Assembly (NCBI GenBank): GCA_963700985.1
Contig: OY969554.1
Location: 1,920,001 to 1,984,000 of the forward strand
Reading direction: 5' to 3'
DNA from: an uncultured Chlamydiales bacterium
GTDB lineage: Bacteria; Chlamydiota; Chlamydiia; Chlamydiales; Rhabdochlamydiaceae
Length of the DNA stretch: 64,000 bases
The position numbers were made by a program, and so were the translations under genes. Under the pieces are notes generated by a model. That model searched no databases, had not been told where the DNA came from, and saw only the letters and a list, made by a program, of their open reading frames with translations. Below are positions 29,545 through 38,968 of this stretch, piece after piece; position 1 is the stretch's first letter, and every line of letters starts with the position of its first letter.

Positions 29545-30071
29545 AATAGTAACGGATTCTCTAGCTCGACAGAGAGGGGATTGCTCTCAGTGTGGCCTAC
29601 TTTCACGTGGCCCATGATCTGCACACCTTCATCGACACTAAGGGTTAGAGCGGAGATATCGCCTTTTATCTCAGCGCGGCCGCGGAGCACGAGACGATTG
29701 CGCACGCGGATATTTCCTTCAACTTTTCCTGAGATGAATGCCTCATCTAAATTGATATCAGCCTTAACATGTGCTTTTGGGCCAACGATGAGTTTGCCTT
29801 GAGATACGAGCTCACCTTCAAAGGTGCCATCGATGCGCAGGACGTTTTGAAAAATCAGACTGCCGCGCATGGAGACATTTTCGCTGATGGTGGTTTCGGG
29901 CTCTTCGCTTATCTCTTGTTCAGGAACGCTTGGTGCGGGGGCAAGTGAAGCGGGGAGTGGCTGGGTTCTGAGTGCGGAAGGAAAAGGAAGTGTGAGGGGA
30001 GAGTAGTCGGTATCGCCTGGAGATGTGATCTCTTTATCTAAATAGCTCTTTGGATATTTCTTAAACATCAA
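29541..30071 (-). CDS. bacA: Bactofilin (polymer-forming cytoskeletal protein)
   Basis: ETTISENVSMRGSL..LRIDGTFEG..ISGKVEGNI..GDISA..LSVDEG beta-helix repeats; next to dnaA as in chlamydiae. Confidence 0.88.
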   Translation of the reverse strand: MMFKKYPKSYLDKEITSPGDTDYSPLTLPFPSALRTQPLPASLAPAPSVPEQEISEEPETTISENVSMRGSLIFQNVLRIDGTFEGELVSQGKLIVGPKAHVKADINLDEAFISGKVEGNIRVRNRLVLRGRAEIKGDISALTLSVDEGVQIMGHVKVGHTESNPLSVELENPLLF

Positions 30072-30120
30072 ACCCTCCGCTAGTAAACTAGCTGCAAGAG
30101 TTCAATTATTGCAGCTCGTT

Positions 30121-31458
30121 CTAATTTTCTAAATTGCGCCGCGCCATCTGTATTTGGCGTCTTAGCATCTCATCTTCTTCTAGCCTTGTGGCGACTTTTT
30201 TCCAAGCATGGAGAAGAGTTGAGTGGGTTTTACCTCCGAAATTGGAGGCGAGTTTGATGAGAGATTCGTTGATGAGTTCTTTGGCAAGATACATAGCTAC
30301 TTGACGGGGAAAAGCGATCTCTTTGGTTCTAGAATCCCCGCGTAAATCACTAATGCGCACTTCAAAAATAGCCGCCACGCTTTTCAGGATATTTTCCACC
30401 GTAACGCGTTTTTGAGGGGAGGGTTGGAAGAGTTCGCTGAGGGTCTTTTCCACCACTTCTTCGGTTACATCCAGCTGCATTAGGCGGCAGTATGCGCAAA
30501 GCCGGTTGATGGCGCCTTCCAGCTGTCTTACGTTATTAAAGATATGTTCTGCGATCACGAAAGCTGCTTTGTGGGGGATGCGTAGACCTTTTTGTTCAGC
30601 TTTATGCTGAATGATGGCCACACGCGTCTCTAAATCGGGGATACCGACATTCGCAACTAGACCCCATTCCATGCGTGCGATCATTCTTTCTGAGAGTTTC
30701 AGTTGTCCGGGTGGCTTATCTGAGGTGATCACGATCTGCTTATTCTGATTGATCAGGCTTTCAAAAGTATTACATAGCTCTTCTTCGAAGTTGAGCCGGC
30801 TTTGCAGAAACTGGATATCATCCACCAGCAGTACATCTAAAGAACGGTAGTATTTTTTCATCTGGTCCATCGACTTGTGACGCAGATTGTCGACGATGTC
30901 GTTAATGAACCCTTCGGTGGTAATGCACTGGATGCGTATTTTTTTATTCGTATCTTTAATGTTATGGCCAATGGCGTGCAGAAGATGCGTTTTGCCAAGA
31001 CCGACTCCGCCGTGGATAAAGAGGGGATTATAGGATTTGCCAGGTCTTCCGGCCACGCCAAGCGCCGCGGATTTCACAAATTGATTTGCGGGACCTTCGA
31101 TGAAATCATCGAATCGATAAGTTGGATTAAGTTTCAACTCGCGGCCCGAGGCAGCATCCGCAGCAGCATGTGAAATAACAGCAGGAGCATGCACAGTTTT
31201 TTTGTGTTCAGCGATCACAAAACTCACCGCTGGCTCGCTATTTGCTTTTAGTGGCACGAAACTGCATAGATCTTTCTTGTAATTGGCGATCAAGTATTCT
31301 TGAACGAAAATGTTCGGTACTTCGAGCACAATTCCTTCGGACGTAGCTTCGAGAAGCTTGATCGGCGCAATCCAATTCTCATATTCCGTGGCAGAGCAGC
31401 GCTCGCCGATGAATTCGAGAAATTGGGTCCAGGTGTCGTGCGGATTACTAGTTAGCAT
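30121..31458 (-). CDS. dnaA: Chromosomal replication initiator DnaA
   Basis: [41 protein letters not shown]. Confidence 0.97.
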   Translation of the reverse strand: MLTSNPHDTWTQFLEFIGERCSATEYENWIAPIKLLEATSEGIVLEVPNIFVQEYLIANYKKDLCSFVPLKANSEPAVSFVIAEHKKTVHAPAVISHAAADAASGRELKLNPTYRFDDFIEGPANQFVKSAALGVAGRPGKSYNPLFIHGGVGLGKTHLLHAIGHNIKDTNKKIRIQCITTEGFINDIVDNLRHKSMDQMKKYYRSLDVLLVDDIQFLQSRLNFEEELCNTFESLINQNKQIVITSDKPPGQLKLSERMIARMEWGLVANVGIPDLETRVAIIQHKAEQKGLRIPHKAAFVIAEHIFNNVRQLEGAINRLCAYCRLMQLDVTEEVVEKTLSELFQPSPQKRVTVENILKSVAAIFEVRISDLRGDSRTKEIAFPRQVAMYLAKELINESLIKLASNFGGKTHSTLLHAWKKVATRLEEDEMLRRQIQMARRNLEN

Positions 31459-31461
31459 AAG

Positions 31462-31481
31462 TTATGAACAACCTTTCCACA
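31462..31481. promoter_or_regulatory. Two DnaA-box-like 9-mers immediately upstream of the dnaA start
   Basis: TTATGAACA (31462-70) and CTTTCCACA (31473-81), each one mismatch from TTWTNCACA. Confidence 0.45.
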
Positions 31482-31658
31482 ATATGCTGTGGAGGCTATT
31501 TTATGCCGCCAATCTAACATCGCAATGCAATGGTCGCAACAAAATTGTCGGCATGTCTGATACATCTTTCTTAACCCTTTGGAATTCAGCGAATGATTCA
31601 CATTGCTGTAACAGATTCGGCGTAAAGTGAGCAAATAGATTATCCGAAATTGAAGAAT

Positions 31659-31770
31659 TTAAACCACCGAGATCGCTGTGAATCCAGAGAAAAGAGAAAG
31701 AAGTTAACAAGGATCCTGCCCATCCTGTTTATTTTTCTTCCCTCTGTGTTCTCTGTGACTCGTGGTTTAA
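31659..31770. repeat. Degenerate intergenic fold-back repeat element
   Basis: Ends TTAAACCAC(C)GAG...CTCGTGGTTTAA; internal CTCTGTGTT-CTCTGTG and ATCCTGCCC-ATCCTG 9-nt periodic units. Confidence 0.5.
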
Positions 31771-31778
31771 TCTTCTTA

Positions 31779-32177
31779 TTAAGAAGTGTAGGCGAGAATG
31801 AGCGCGGTCGCTTGATTGGCGATCTGTTCGATCGGGCAGGTCAGCAAACTTTTGGCGGATGCAAGTCCCTGTTTTTTATAACCGAGGCTAAAGAGAGCTT
31901 TAACGCGGTTAAGTAATGTTGGATAGTGATGAGGATCGAGCTTAAGCGCTTTCTCAATTGTATTAAGCGCCATCAGATTATTGTTCTTCTGAAGATAGAG
32001 CGCGCCCAAAGTTTGTAGGTCGTAAGCATTTTGCGGAGCGAGAATCGAGAGCGCTTCAAAAAATGTGAGCGCAAGATCATAGCTTCCCTGCTTAATATAG
32101 GAGTAACCGACGAAACGCAGATCGTCTAGTTCATCTTGCTGCCAACCTAAAACTTCTAACCAATTTACTTGGCTCAT
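31779..32177 (-). CDS. TPR protein, SycD/LcrH-like type III secretion chaperone (CT274-like)
   Basis: LRFVGYSYIKQG.Y..A..FFEAL, YDLQTLGALYLQ TPR pattern; chlamydial synteny. Confidence 0.8.
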   Translation of the reverse strand: MSQVNWLEVLGWQQDELDDLRFVGYSYIKQGSYDLALTFFEALSILAPQNAYDLQTLGALYLQKNNNLMALNTIEKALKLDPHHYPTLLNRVKALFSLGYKKQGLASAKSLLTCPIEQIANQATALILAYTS

Positions 32178-32194
32178 ATAATTAGAACCTACTG

Positions 32195-32722
32195 CTAACC
32201 CTTTTGATATTGTCCGCGACGCGAGTTGATGTCAATCGAGTCTCTTTCTAAATCAGATACTTGATTTAAGAGATGCACGATAACAGTCTTCTCATGCTCT
32301 TTTTGTTCTAGCTCTCTAATCTGCTGCCAAGCTTGGGTACGATCTTCACTTTTTAAAGTTTTTTCCTCAACAGTCTCATTACTTTTCTTAGATAAGGCAG
32401 CCATATCAATAACGCGTTGCAGCTGAGCCTCCTTCATTTCAGGCGAACCTAAAGAGGGAATGACCTGAAAGGTGAATATGCGCTTCTTCTGTTCATTATA
32501 CTTAGGGGGTGCGAGGAAATCTGCCCAAAATTGGTTGCGCCGGCCCGTATCAAAGAGCGCCTCAAACTCGCTACCATATGAAGGAGAAGTAACGTCAACC
32601 TCGGCTTGCTTTTGAACGCCGCGCGCTTCGGATACAAGCTTTGCATCATATAGGTTCTGATCCTCTGCGTAGCGTGTGTAGGCTTCGGATCCTAGGTTAT
32701 CTATCGTTCTCGGTTGGGCCAT
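32195..32722 (-). CDS. Conserved chlamydial hypothetical protein (CT273-like)
   Basis: WADF..PP.Y..Q.KR.F...PSLG and C-terminal INSRRGQYQKG; position between the chaperone and the dcw cluster. Confidence 0.7.
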   Translation of the reverse strand: MAQPRTIDNLGSEAYTRYAEDQNLYDAKLVSEARGVQKQAEVDVTSPSYGSEFEALFDTGRRNQFWADFLAPPKYNEQKKRIFTFQVIPSLGSPEMKEAQLQRVIDMAALSKKSNETVEEKTLKSEDRTQAWQQIRELEQKEHEKTVIVHLLNQVSDLERDSIDINSRRGQYQKG

Positions 32723-32802
32723 AAATGATCCTCTTTCTTATCCATTTGCCTGCGTTTTTGCTTTTTATCAATAAATTATTTTAGAAATTTTTGAGGCTTG
32801 TG

Positions 32803-32970
32803 AACACAATTCCCACAATTTCCCACAAAGCGTCTATTTGACATCTAAGTGATTTGTTTTTAGGTATTTATAAATCAGAAAAAACAGGGTATTTTGTGGG
32901 TAAATAAGGGAGTTATGTGCAAAAAAGTTGCGAAGTTAGGTGGCTGGTGTTAAATTGTGGGAAACGATGG
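32803..32970 (+). promoter_or_regulatory. dcw promoter region with MraZ-box-like GTGGG/CCCAC repeats
   Basis: ACAC/CCCAC/CCCAC at 10-nt period (32803-32827), TTGACA at 32838, further GTGGG copies at 32896 and 32957. Confidence 0.55.
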
Positions 32971-32979
32971 TTAATATTC

Positions 32980-33483
32980 ATGACCCGCTTCTTCTTCAGT
33001 GGATCTGTCAGCGCTAAACTCGACGAGAAAGGACGTTTTGTCCTTCCTCAATCGATGCGTTTTGGTCTGGTTGAAAATGGCGCGTTAGAATTTAGCTTGG
33101 CTTTGGGCTTAGGCGGCTGCTTGGCGATCTATCGCAAGAGCGATATCGAGAAGATAGTGCAAAAGTTTCAGTCTAAACAACATATTGGCCGCTATCAGAA
33201 GTTCTTCACCCTCTTTTTTTCAACCCTTCATCAGACCAGCTGTGATAAGATCGGCAGGGTGATGGTTCCCCCTCTATTAAAGAAGGCGATTAACATCAAA
33301 AGTGAGATTGTGGTAGCCGGCGTATTAAATAAGATCGAAATTTGGCCGAAAGAGCGCTATGATGCTCAGTTGAACGCTGTGCTCAGCGGCAAAGACCCAG
33401 AATTTGACCTTTCTAAGATTTGTGAAGAGGCCTTCGCTCTATTGGAGAGCGATGAGGAGAAGACCGATGAAGAGTGCGAATGA
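32980..33483 (+). CDS. mraZ: Division/cell wall cluster repressor MraZ
   Basis: KLDEKGRFVLP and CDKIGRVMVP repeats, GVLNKIEIW. Confidence 0.9.
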   Translation: MTRFFFSGSVSAKLDEKGRFVLPQSMRFGLVENGALEFSLALGLGGCLAIYRKSDIEKIVQKFQSKQHIGRYQKFFTLFFSTLHQTSCDKIGRVMVPPLLKKAINIKSEIVVAGVLNKIEIWPKERYDAQLNAVLSGKDPEFDLSKICEEAFALLESDEEKTDEECE

Positions 33484-34416
33484 GAATAGCCCTCATCTTC
33501 CAGTAATGGTTGACGAAGTCCTGCATTATTTCAAAGACAGACCTCTTAAAGTTTTTTTTGAAGGCACCTTAGGCGCCGGCGGACATGCGCGCGCAATTCT
33601 CGAAGCTCATCCAGAAATCCAAACCTATATCGCTTGTGATCGCGATCCAGAAGCTCTAAAGCTGGCTGCTGCCGTTTTGAGTCCTTGGAAAGATAAGGTG
33701 CACTTTGTGCATGGTGATTTTGCCGATGTGGATCAGCACTTAAAAAATCTCGGCGTGCAACAAGTCGACGGTTTTTTTTTGATCTGGGGGTTTCATCAAT
33801 GCAACTAGATCAAGGACAGAAGGGCTTCAGCTTTTCTAAAGAAGGACCGCTGGACATGCGGATGAATCCTTCTAGCCCGCTTACAGCCAAAGAAATTGTC
33901 AATGAGTGGTCCGAACACGAATTAGCTAAAATTTTCCGTGAACTTGGGGAAGAACCCAGGTGGAGAAGAGCCGCGCAAGCGATTTGCGCTGAGCGTAAAA
34001 AGCATCCCATTTCAACGACTAAAGAGCTTGCAGATCTACTCGTGTCAACACTCGGTTATCGCGGCAAGAAAAGGCTGCATCCCGCTACTCTGATTTTCCA
34101 AGCATTGCGCATCTCTGTCAATGACGAGTTGGGTTCGATTGAAAGGGCTTTGAATCAAGTTTCAGGTTTTCTATCTCCCGGCGGAAGAGTAGGAGTGATC
34201 AGTTTTCATAGTCTCGAAGATCGCATTGTGAAAAATATCTTTAGATCTGCTGCGCAAAAACGCCGTGCAAAAAGAGGCCAAGAAGAGATCGTGCCTGTTT
34301 TGCAGCTACTCACCAAGAAGCCCGCAGTGCCGAGCGAAATCGAGACGCGCCGTAATCCACGTTCGCGAAGCGCCAAGTTGCGCTTTGCTGAAAAAGTTGG
34401 AGGCTCAGATGAATAG
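33467..34416 (+). CDS. rsmH: 16S rRNA m4C1402 methyltransferase RsmH, split by a frameshift at a T9 run
   Basis: HLPVM, GTLGAGGHA, DRDPEAL in frame 1; DLGVSSMQLD, GPLDMRM, HPAT, ISFHSLEDRIVK, NPRSRSAKLR in the -1 frame. Junction at T9 33772-33780. Confidence 0.88.
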
Positions 34417-34768
34417 AGGCTTTATTCTAAGGATCTGCTTATGTATGCTGTTCGCAGGCCTCTGTCTCTATTCTTTCGTAGACATGCAAAATGAAGTGAC
34501 TGAGTTTAGAATTAAGCTTCCTCAGATCGCCAAAGAGATTAAGACTATCCAAGAGGAAAACGATAGATTGCATTACGAGATCGAACAGTTCGAAAACCCC
34601 CAGCATCTCATGCAGCTCGCTAGACTTCCTGAGTTTAGTCATCTTAAACACCCTCTTCTTAAAGAGATTCTCACAGTAAAAGAGGATGTGGCGCTTGCTA
34701 TTCCCGCTGTGAAAGAAGAAAAAGTAGCAGTCAAGCCCGCATTAACCCTTGCCATCGGTGCCAACTAA
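34409..34768 (+). CDS. ftsL: FtsL-like cell division protein
   Basis: GGAGG SD; TM segment plus coiled coil (FENPQHL); between rsmH and ftsI. Confidence 0.7.
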   Translation: MNRGFILRICLCMLFAGLCLYSFVDMQNEVTEFRIKLPQIAKEIKTIQEENDRLHYEIEQFENPQHLMQLARLPEFSHLKHPLLKEILTVKEDVALAIPAVKEEKVAVKPALTLAIGAN

Positions 34769-36761
34769 CTCAAATTTTGTGAATAGAAAGCGACTCTTAT
34801 ATGTCGCTTTCTTTACTCTACTCCTTTTCAGCCTGCTAATCGTTCAATTCTTCCGTATTCAAATCATTGAAGGCGAAAAGTGGACGAAAGAGGCGCGAAA
34901 GCAGCATCAACTCGTCATCGCAGAACCGTTTAAACGCGGTCTTTTTTATTCCAATAGCGCCATCAAGAAAGGACATCCTGAGACACTGCAACCACTGGTA
35001 GTGGATGTGCCTAAGTTTCATCTTTTTGTCGACCCTTCCTCTATTCCTTCTGATTTGCGAGATGGAGTTACTTTATCGATTGCACGCATCTTGAATCTCA
35101 CCAAAGAAGATGGCGAGAAAATGGGAGAGCAGCTGACCAAGAAGAGCAGAAACCGCAAGCTCAGAGCTTGGCTTTCTCAGGAAGAGCGCAATAAGGTCAA
35201 CCGCTGGTGGGAAAGCTGTTATAAAAAATATAAGCTCCCTAGAAACGCGATCTATTTTGTGCAAGATTACAAACGTTCCTATCCTTTCGGACACCTTTTG
35301 GGGCAAGTGCTCCACACGGTGCGCGAAGAGAGCGATGTTAAAACAAAGCAGAGCATTCCCACAGGGGGGCTCGAGCTTTATTTCAATCGTTACCTCAAAG
35401 GAAAAGAGGGTAAAAGACTGCTTTTGCGCTCGCCACGACACCCCTTAGATATGGGGAAGGTTCTGGCTCTGCCCGAAAATGGGGCGGACATCCATCTGAC
35501 GATCAATCACTACCTTCAAGCCATTGCCGAAGAAGAGATTGAAATAGCCGTAAAAAAAGCCTCAGCTAAAAGCGGTTGGGCGGTCATGATGCATCCCCGC
35601 ACGGGCGAGATATACGCTTTGGCGCAATATCCCTATTTTGAGCCTTCAAATTATGGCCAATATTTTGAGGAGCAACCTCAAGAGACCAAAGTCAAAGCGA
35701 TCACAGATCCTTATGAGCCTGGTTCCACCATGAAGCCGCTGACGTTGGCGATCTGCATGAAAGCCAATGCTGAGCTTAAAAAACAGGGCAAGAAGCCGAT
35801 CTTTTTCCCCGAAGAGAAAATCGCAACTGCAAATGGGCGTTTTCCTGGCCGTTCAAAACCGATCTCTGACACGCATCTGCATAATTTTTTAAACATGGAT
35901 CTCGCGTTGCAGAAGTCTTCGAATATCTATATGGCGCGCATGATCCAGCGCGTAATCGAAACTTTAGGCGAAGAGTGGTATCGCAACAGTTTGCAAGAGC
36001 TCTGCGGATTTGGAACAAAAGTAGGCCTTGAACTTCCCGGAGAGAGTATAGGCCTTCTTCCAGCCTTTGGAAAAAAACATCCTAATGGCGCCTTAGAATG
36101 GTCGACATCCACTCCTTTTTCTATTGCATTTGGCCATAATATCTGTGTCACCAGCTTGCAGATGATAAAAAGTTATGCCGTCTTGGCCAATGGCGGGTTT
36201 GATGTGAAACCTACGCTGATACGCAAAATTGTCAAAACACGTGCGGATGGAAGTGAAGAAATAATTTTAGATAATACCAATCGCACGGAGACAATGCCGC
36301 GCATTTTAGAAACTGAAATTGTCGACCGATTAATCCAATCGATGAAGTATGTGACAAAGCCTGGCGGAACAGCCGCGAAAGGCGATGTACCTGGATACAC
36401 AGAGGTGGGAAAGACGGCTACGACTGAAAAGATCGTGTCGGGGACCTATTCTAAAAAGGACCATATTGCTACCTTTGTGGGATTCGTGCCGGCTAAGAAT
36501 GCAGAATTTGTACTCTTAGTTGCCGTGGATGACCCAGAATTTAAATATATTCCTGGAGTAGGAAGAAATCAGCTCGGGGGCAATTGCTGTGCACCAGCAT
36601 TCCGCGAGATTTCCATCCGTGCGCTGCAGTATCTGGGAGTTGAGCCAGACGACCCTTATGGGTATCCAGCTGGGGATCCTCGTGCTAACCGCGAAAAGGC
36701 TGATTGGACGAAAGAGCTAAAGCAACTCAAAGAGCTCTACCTACAATGGAATGAGCATTAA
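34749..36761 (+). CDS. ftsI: Penicillin-binding protein 3 (FtsI)
   Basis: RSYPFG, YEPGSTMKP (SxxK), KSSN (SxN), GKTATT. Confidence 0.93.
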   Translation: MPSVPTNSNFVNRKRLLYVAFFTLLLFSLLIVQFFRIQIIEGEKWTKEARKQHQLVIAEPFKRGLFYSNSAIKKGHPETLQPLVVDVPKFHLFVDPSSIPSDLRDGVTLSIARILNLTKEDGEKMGEQLTKKSRNRKLRAWLSQEERNKVNRWWESCYKKYKLPRNAIYFVQDYKRSYPFGHLLGQVLHTVREESDVKTKQSIPTGGLELYFNRYLKGKEGKRLLLRSPRHPLDMGKVLALPENGADIHLTINHYLQAIAEEEIEIAVKKASAKSGWAVMMHPRTGEIYALAQYPYFEPSNYGQYFEEQPQETKVKAITDPYEPGSTMKPLTLAICMKANAELKKQGKKPIFFPEEKIATANGRFPGRSKPISDTHLHNFLNMDLALQKSSNIYMARMIQRVIETLGEEWYRNSLQELCGFGTKVGLELPGESIGLLPAFGKKHPNGALEWSTSTPFSIAFGHNICVTSLQMIKSYAVLANGGFDVKPTLIRKIVKTRADGSEEIILDNTNRTETMPRILETEIVDRLIQSMKYVTKPGGTAAKGDVPGYTEVGKTATTEKIVSGTYSKKDHIATFVGFVPAKNAEFVLLVAVDDPEFKYIPGVGRNQLGGNCCAPAFREISIRALQYLGVEPDDPYGYPAGDPRANREKADWTKELKQLKELYLQWNEH

Positions 36762-36769
36762 GTTAGACC

Positions 36770-38224
36770 ATGAAAATTAAAAGGCTTTTAAAAGACCTTC
36801 CCGACGTACAAGTCAGAGGCTCCAGAGAAGTGGAGATTACGGGTATCTGTGCGAACTCAAAAACCGTAGCTCCGGGGAACCTATTTATTGCAAAAAAAGG
36901 GCTTACGAACGACGGCGCCCGTTTTATTCCTGATGCAATCGCTGCCGGAGCTGTGGCTATTCTCACAGACATTTACGACCCTTTCCTGACAGATATCGTG
37001 CAGATTGTGCACGCAGATGTAGTGGGTCTTGAAGCTAAACTTGCTGCTGTTTACTACCACGACCCTGTCGATAAGCTCTTTTTAGTTGGCATCACAGGTA
37101 CGAATGGGAAAACCACAACGTCTTATCTTATTAGACATCTTTTCGAAAAGAGCAAGGTGCGTTGCGGCCTGATCGGAACAGTCGAGTGGATCGTTGGAGA
37201 GAATCATCTTCCTTCGCTTTACACGACGCCCGATCTTCTGACTAACTATAAGCTCTTTCACGAGATGGTGCAAAATGAGTGCAAAGCTGCCGTAATGGAA
37301 GTTGCTTCTCATGCTTTAGATCAAGAGAGAGTCAAAGATGTTGAGTTCGATGTGGCTGTTTTTACGAATTTAACCCAAGACCATCTCGACTACCATAAGA
37401 CGATGGAGATCTATGCCGATGCCAAGGCTAAACTTTTCCGCTCGCTTGGCAAAGATAAAGTTGCCGTGGTAAATGCAGATAGCAGCTGGATGCCATTGTT
37501 AATGCAAGGCTGCCAAGCTCAATGCATGACCTATGGTGTCGATGCTCAAGCAGATCTGATGGCCACTGAGATTGTTCTCTCTTCTGATGGCATTAAGTTC
37601 TGCGCGAATTACAAAGATAAAAAAGTCGCTTTCCGCACTGCACTTATCGGACGTTTCAACTTATATAACTGTCTGGCAGCTCTGGGAGCCGGTCTGGCAT
37701 ATGGGCTAACATTAGAAGAAATGGTGCCGCTACTAGCTAGTTTTAAAAGTGTGCGCGGAAGGCTCGAGCGCGTCGAGAATAATCGTAAGATGAATATTTT
37801 TGTCGATTATGCGCATACCGATGATGCTCTGAAAAATGTTCTAACTACGCTTAGCGAGTTTAAAAAAGGCCGCCTGATCACCGTATTTGGCTGCGGTGGA
37901 AATCGCGATGCAGGCAAACGCCCCAAGATGGGCAGCGTTGTAGATCTCTTTTCAGATCTATCGATTGTCACAAGCGACAATCCGCGCAATGAAGATCCAA
38001 ATGAGATTATTAAAGAGGTTCTAGGGGGCTTTCGTGACCCCGCCCGCCCAATCGTGCTGGCCGACCGACGCGAGGCGATCCGCAAAGCGTTGCAGCTAGC
38101 GAACCCCGACGATATCGTCTTGATCGCCGGCAAAGGACATGAGACCACGCAGATCTTTGCGCATCAGACCGTGCACTTCGATGACCGCGCTGTGGCCAAA
38201 GAAGAACTTCCCTCCATTACTTAA
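36770..38224 (+). CDS. murE: UDP-MurNAc-L-Ala-D-Glu--meso-DAP ligase
   Basis: GITGTNGKTT, DHLDYH, VDYAHT, FGCGGNRD, SDNPR (DAP-specific), AGKGHE. Confidence 0.96.
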   Translation: MKIKRLLKDLPDVQVRGSREVEITGICANSKTVAPGNLFIAKKGLTNDGARFIPDAIAAGAVAILTDIYDPFLTDIVQIVHADVVGLEAKLAAVYYHDPVDKLFLVGITGTNGKTTTSYLIRHLFEKSKVRCGLIGTVEWIVGENHLPSLYTTPDLLTNYKLFHEMVQNECKAAVMEVASHALDQERVKDVEFDVAVFTNLTQDHLDYHKTMEIYADAKAKLFRSLGKDKVAVVNADSSWMPLLMQGCQAQCMTYGVDAQADLMATEIVLSSDGIKFCANYKDKKVAFRTALIGRFNLYNCLAALGAGLAYGLTLEEMVPLLASFKSVRGRLERVENNRKMNIFVDYAHTDDALKNVLTTLSEFKKGRLITVFGCGGNRDAGKRPKMGSVVDLFSDLSIVTSDNPRNEDPNEIIKEVLGGFRDPARPIVLADRREAIRKALQLANPDDIVLIAGKGHETTQIFAHQTVHFDDRAVAKEELPSIT

Positions 38225-38318
38225 AAAATCGAAAATTAAATTGCAAAATCAGATTTTTAGCCTGTGAATTTATTTTTAAGTACTTAATTATTAGAGCGTT
38301 ATATTTATTGATCGTATT

Positions 38319-38365
38319 TGTAACACAAACACCCAGTTGAAGTATATGGGTGTTTGTGTTACATT
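38319..38365 (+). promoter_or_regulatory. Perfect 17-bp inverted-repeat operator overlapping the promoter of the second abiE operon
   Basis: TGTAACACAAACACCCA-N11-TGGGTGTTTGTGTTACA (38319-38363); TTGAAG(38337)-N17-TACATT(38360). Confidence 0.8.
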
Positions 38366-38371
38366 TTAGTT

Positions 38372-38968
38372 ATGAAACAATCAAAATACGCAACATCTCT
38401 TCAGGCTCTATCCAAAAAACCTATTTTTACTGCTGAAGAAGGACGCTTAGCAGGGATTCCTTCTCGCATGCTTTCATATTTTTGTTCAAAGGGATGGATT
38501 GAAAGAGTTAGCAGGGGGACCTACAAAATAAAAGAGATTGAGTTTGATCAAGATTTTGAATGGGAGGATCTTGCTTTAACTGCAATGAGCATTCCCAATG
38601 GGACCATCTGCCTAATTTCTGCGCTTTGCTATTATGATCTAACAGATGAAATCATGAGAGAGTTTTGGATAGCGGTTCCTCACTCAACAACCTCGCCAGA
38701 AAGAGAAAATGCTCGCATAGTGAGAACACGTAATACAACTCTTGGGCAAACCACTACGAAAATAGGAAACAATGATCTGAAAATTTTCGATCGTGAGCGT
38801 ACAGTTGTAGATGCTTTTCGTTATTTGGATAAAGAAATCGCTCTTAAAGCACTACAAGCCTATTTGAAGACGACTAAAGAAACAAAACCAGATATAATAA
38901 AAATTATGAAGTACGCCAAAATACTCAGAGTTGATTTAACTCCTTATATTATGGCGTTTTCAGTATGA
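38372..38968 (+). CDS. abiEi: AbiEi-family antitoxin (type IV TA)
   Basis: IERVSRGTY wHTH, ICLISALCYYDLTDE, IFDRERTVVDAFRY. Confidence 0.9.
   Translation: MKQSKYATSLQALSKKPIFTAEEGRLAGIPSRMLSYFCSKGWIERVSRGTYKIKEIEFDQDFEWEDLALTAMSIPNGTICLISALCYYDLTDEIMREFWIAVPHSTTSPERENARIVRTRNTTLGQTTTKIGNNDLKIFDRERTVVDAFRYLDKEIALKALQAYLKTTKETKPDIIKIMKYAKILRVDLTPYIMAFSV

Noticed and set aside
31460-31780. Possible oriC next to dnaA
   Set aside because: Only two imperfect boxes and no clear unwinding element; chlamydial origins are generally not adjacent to dnaA; GC skew cannot be judged here.
34265-34408. Extended N-termini in the ORF track for ftsL, dxr, mraZ, rsmH, ytgB and the DUF1653 gene
   Set aside because: They overlap upstream genes or promoters; downstream ATGs match family starts better.
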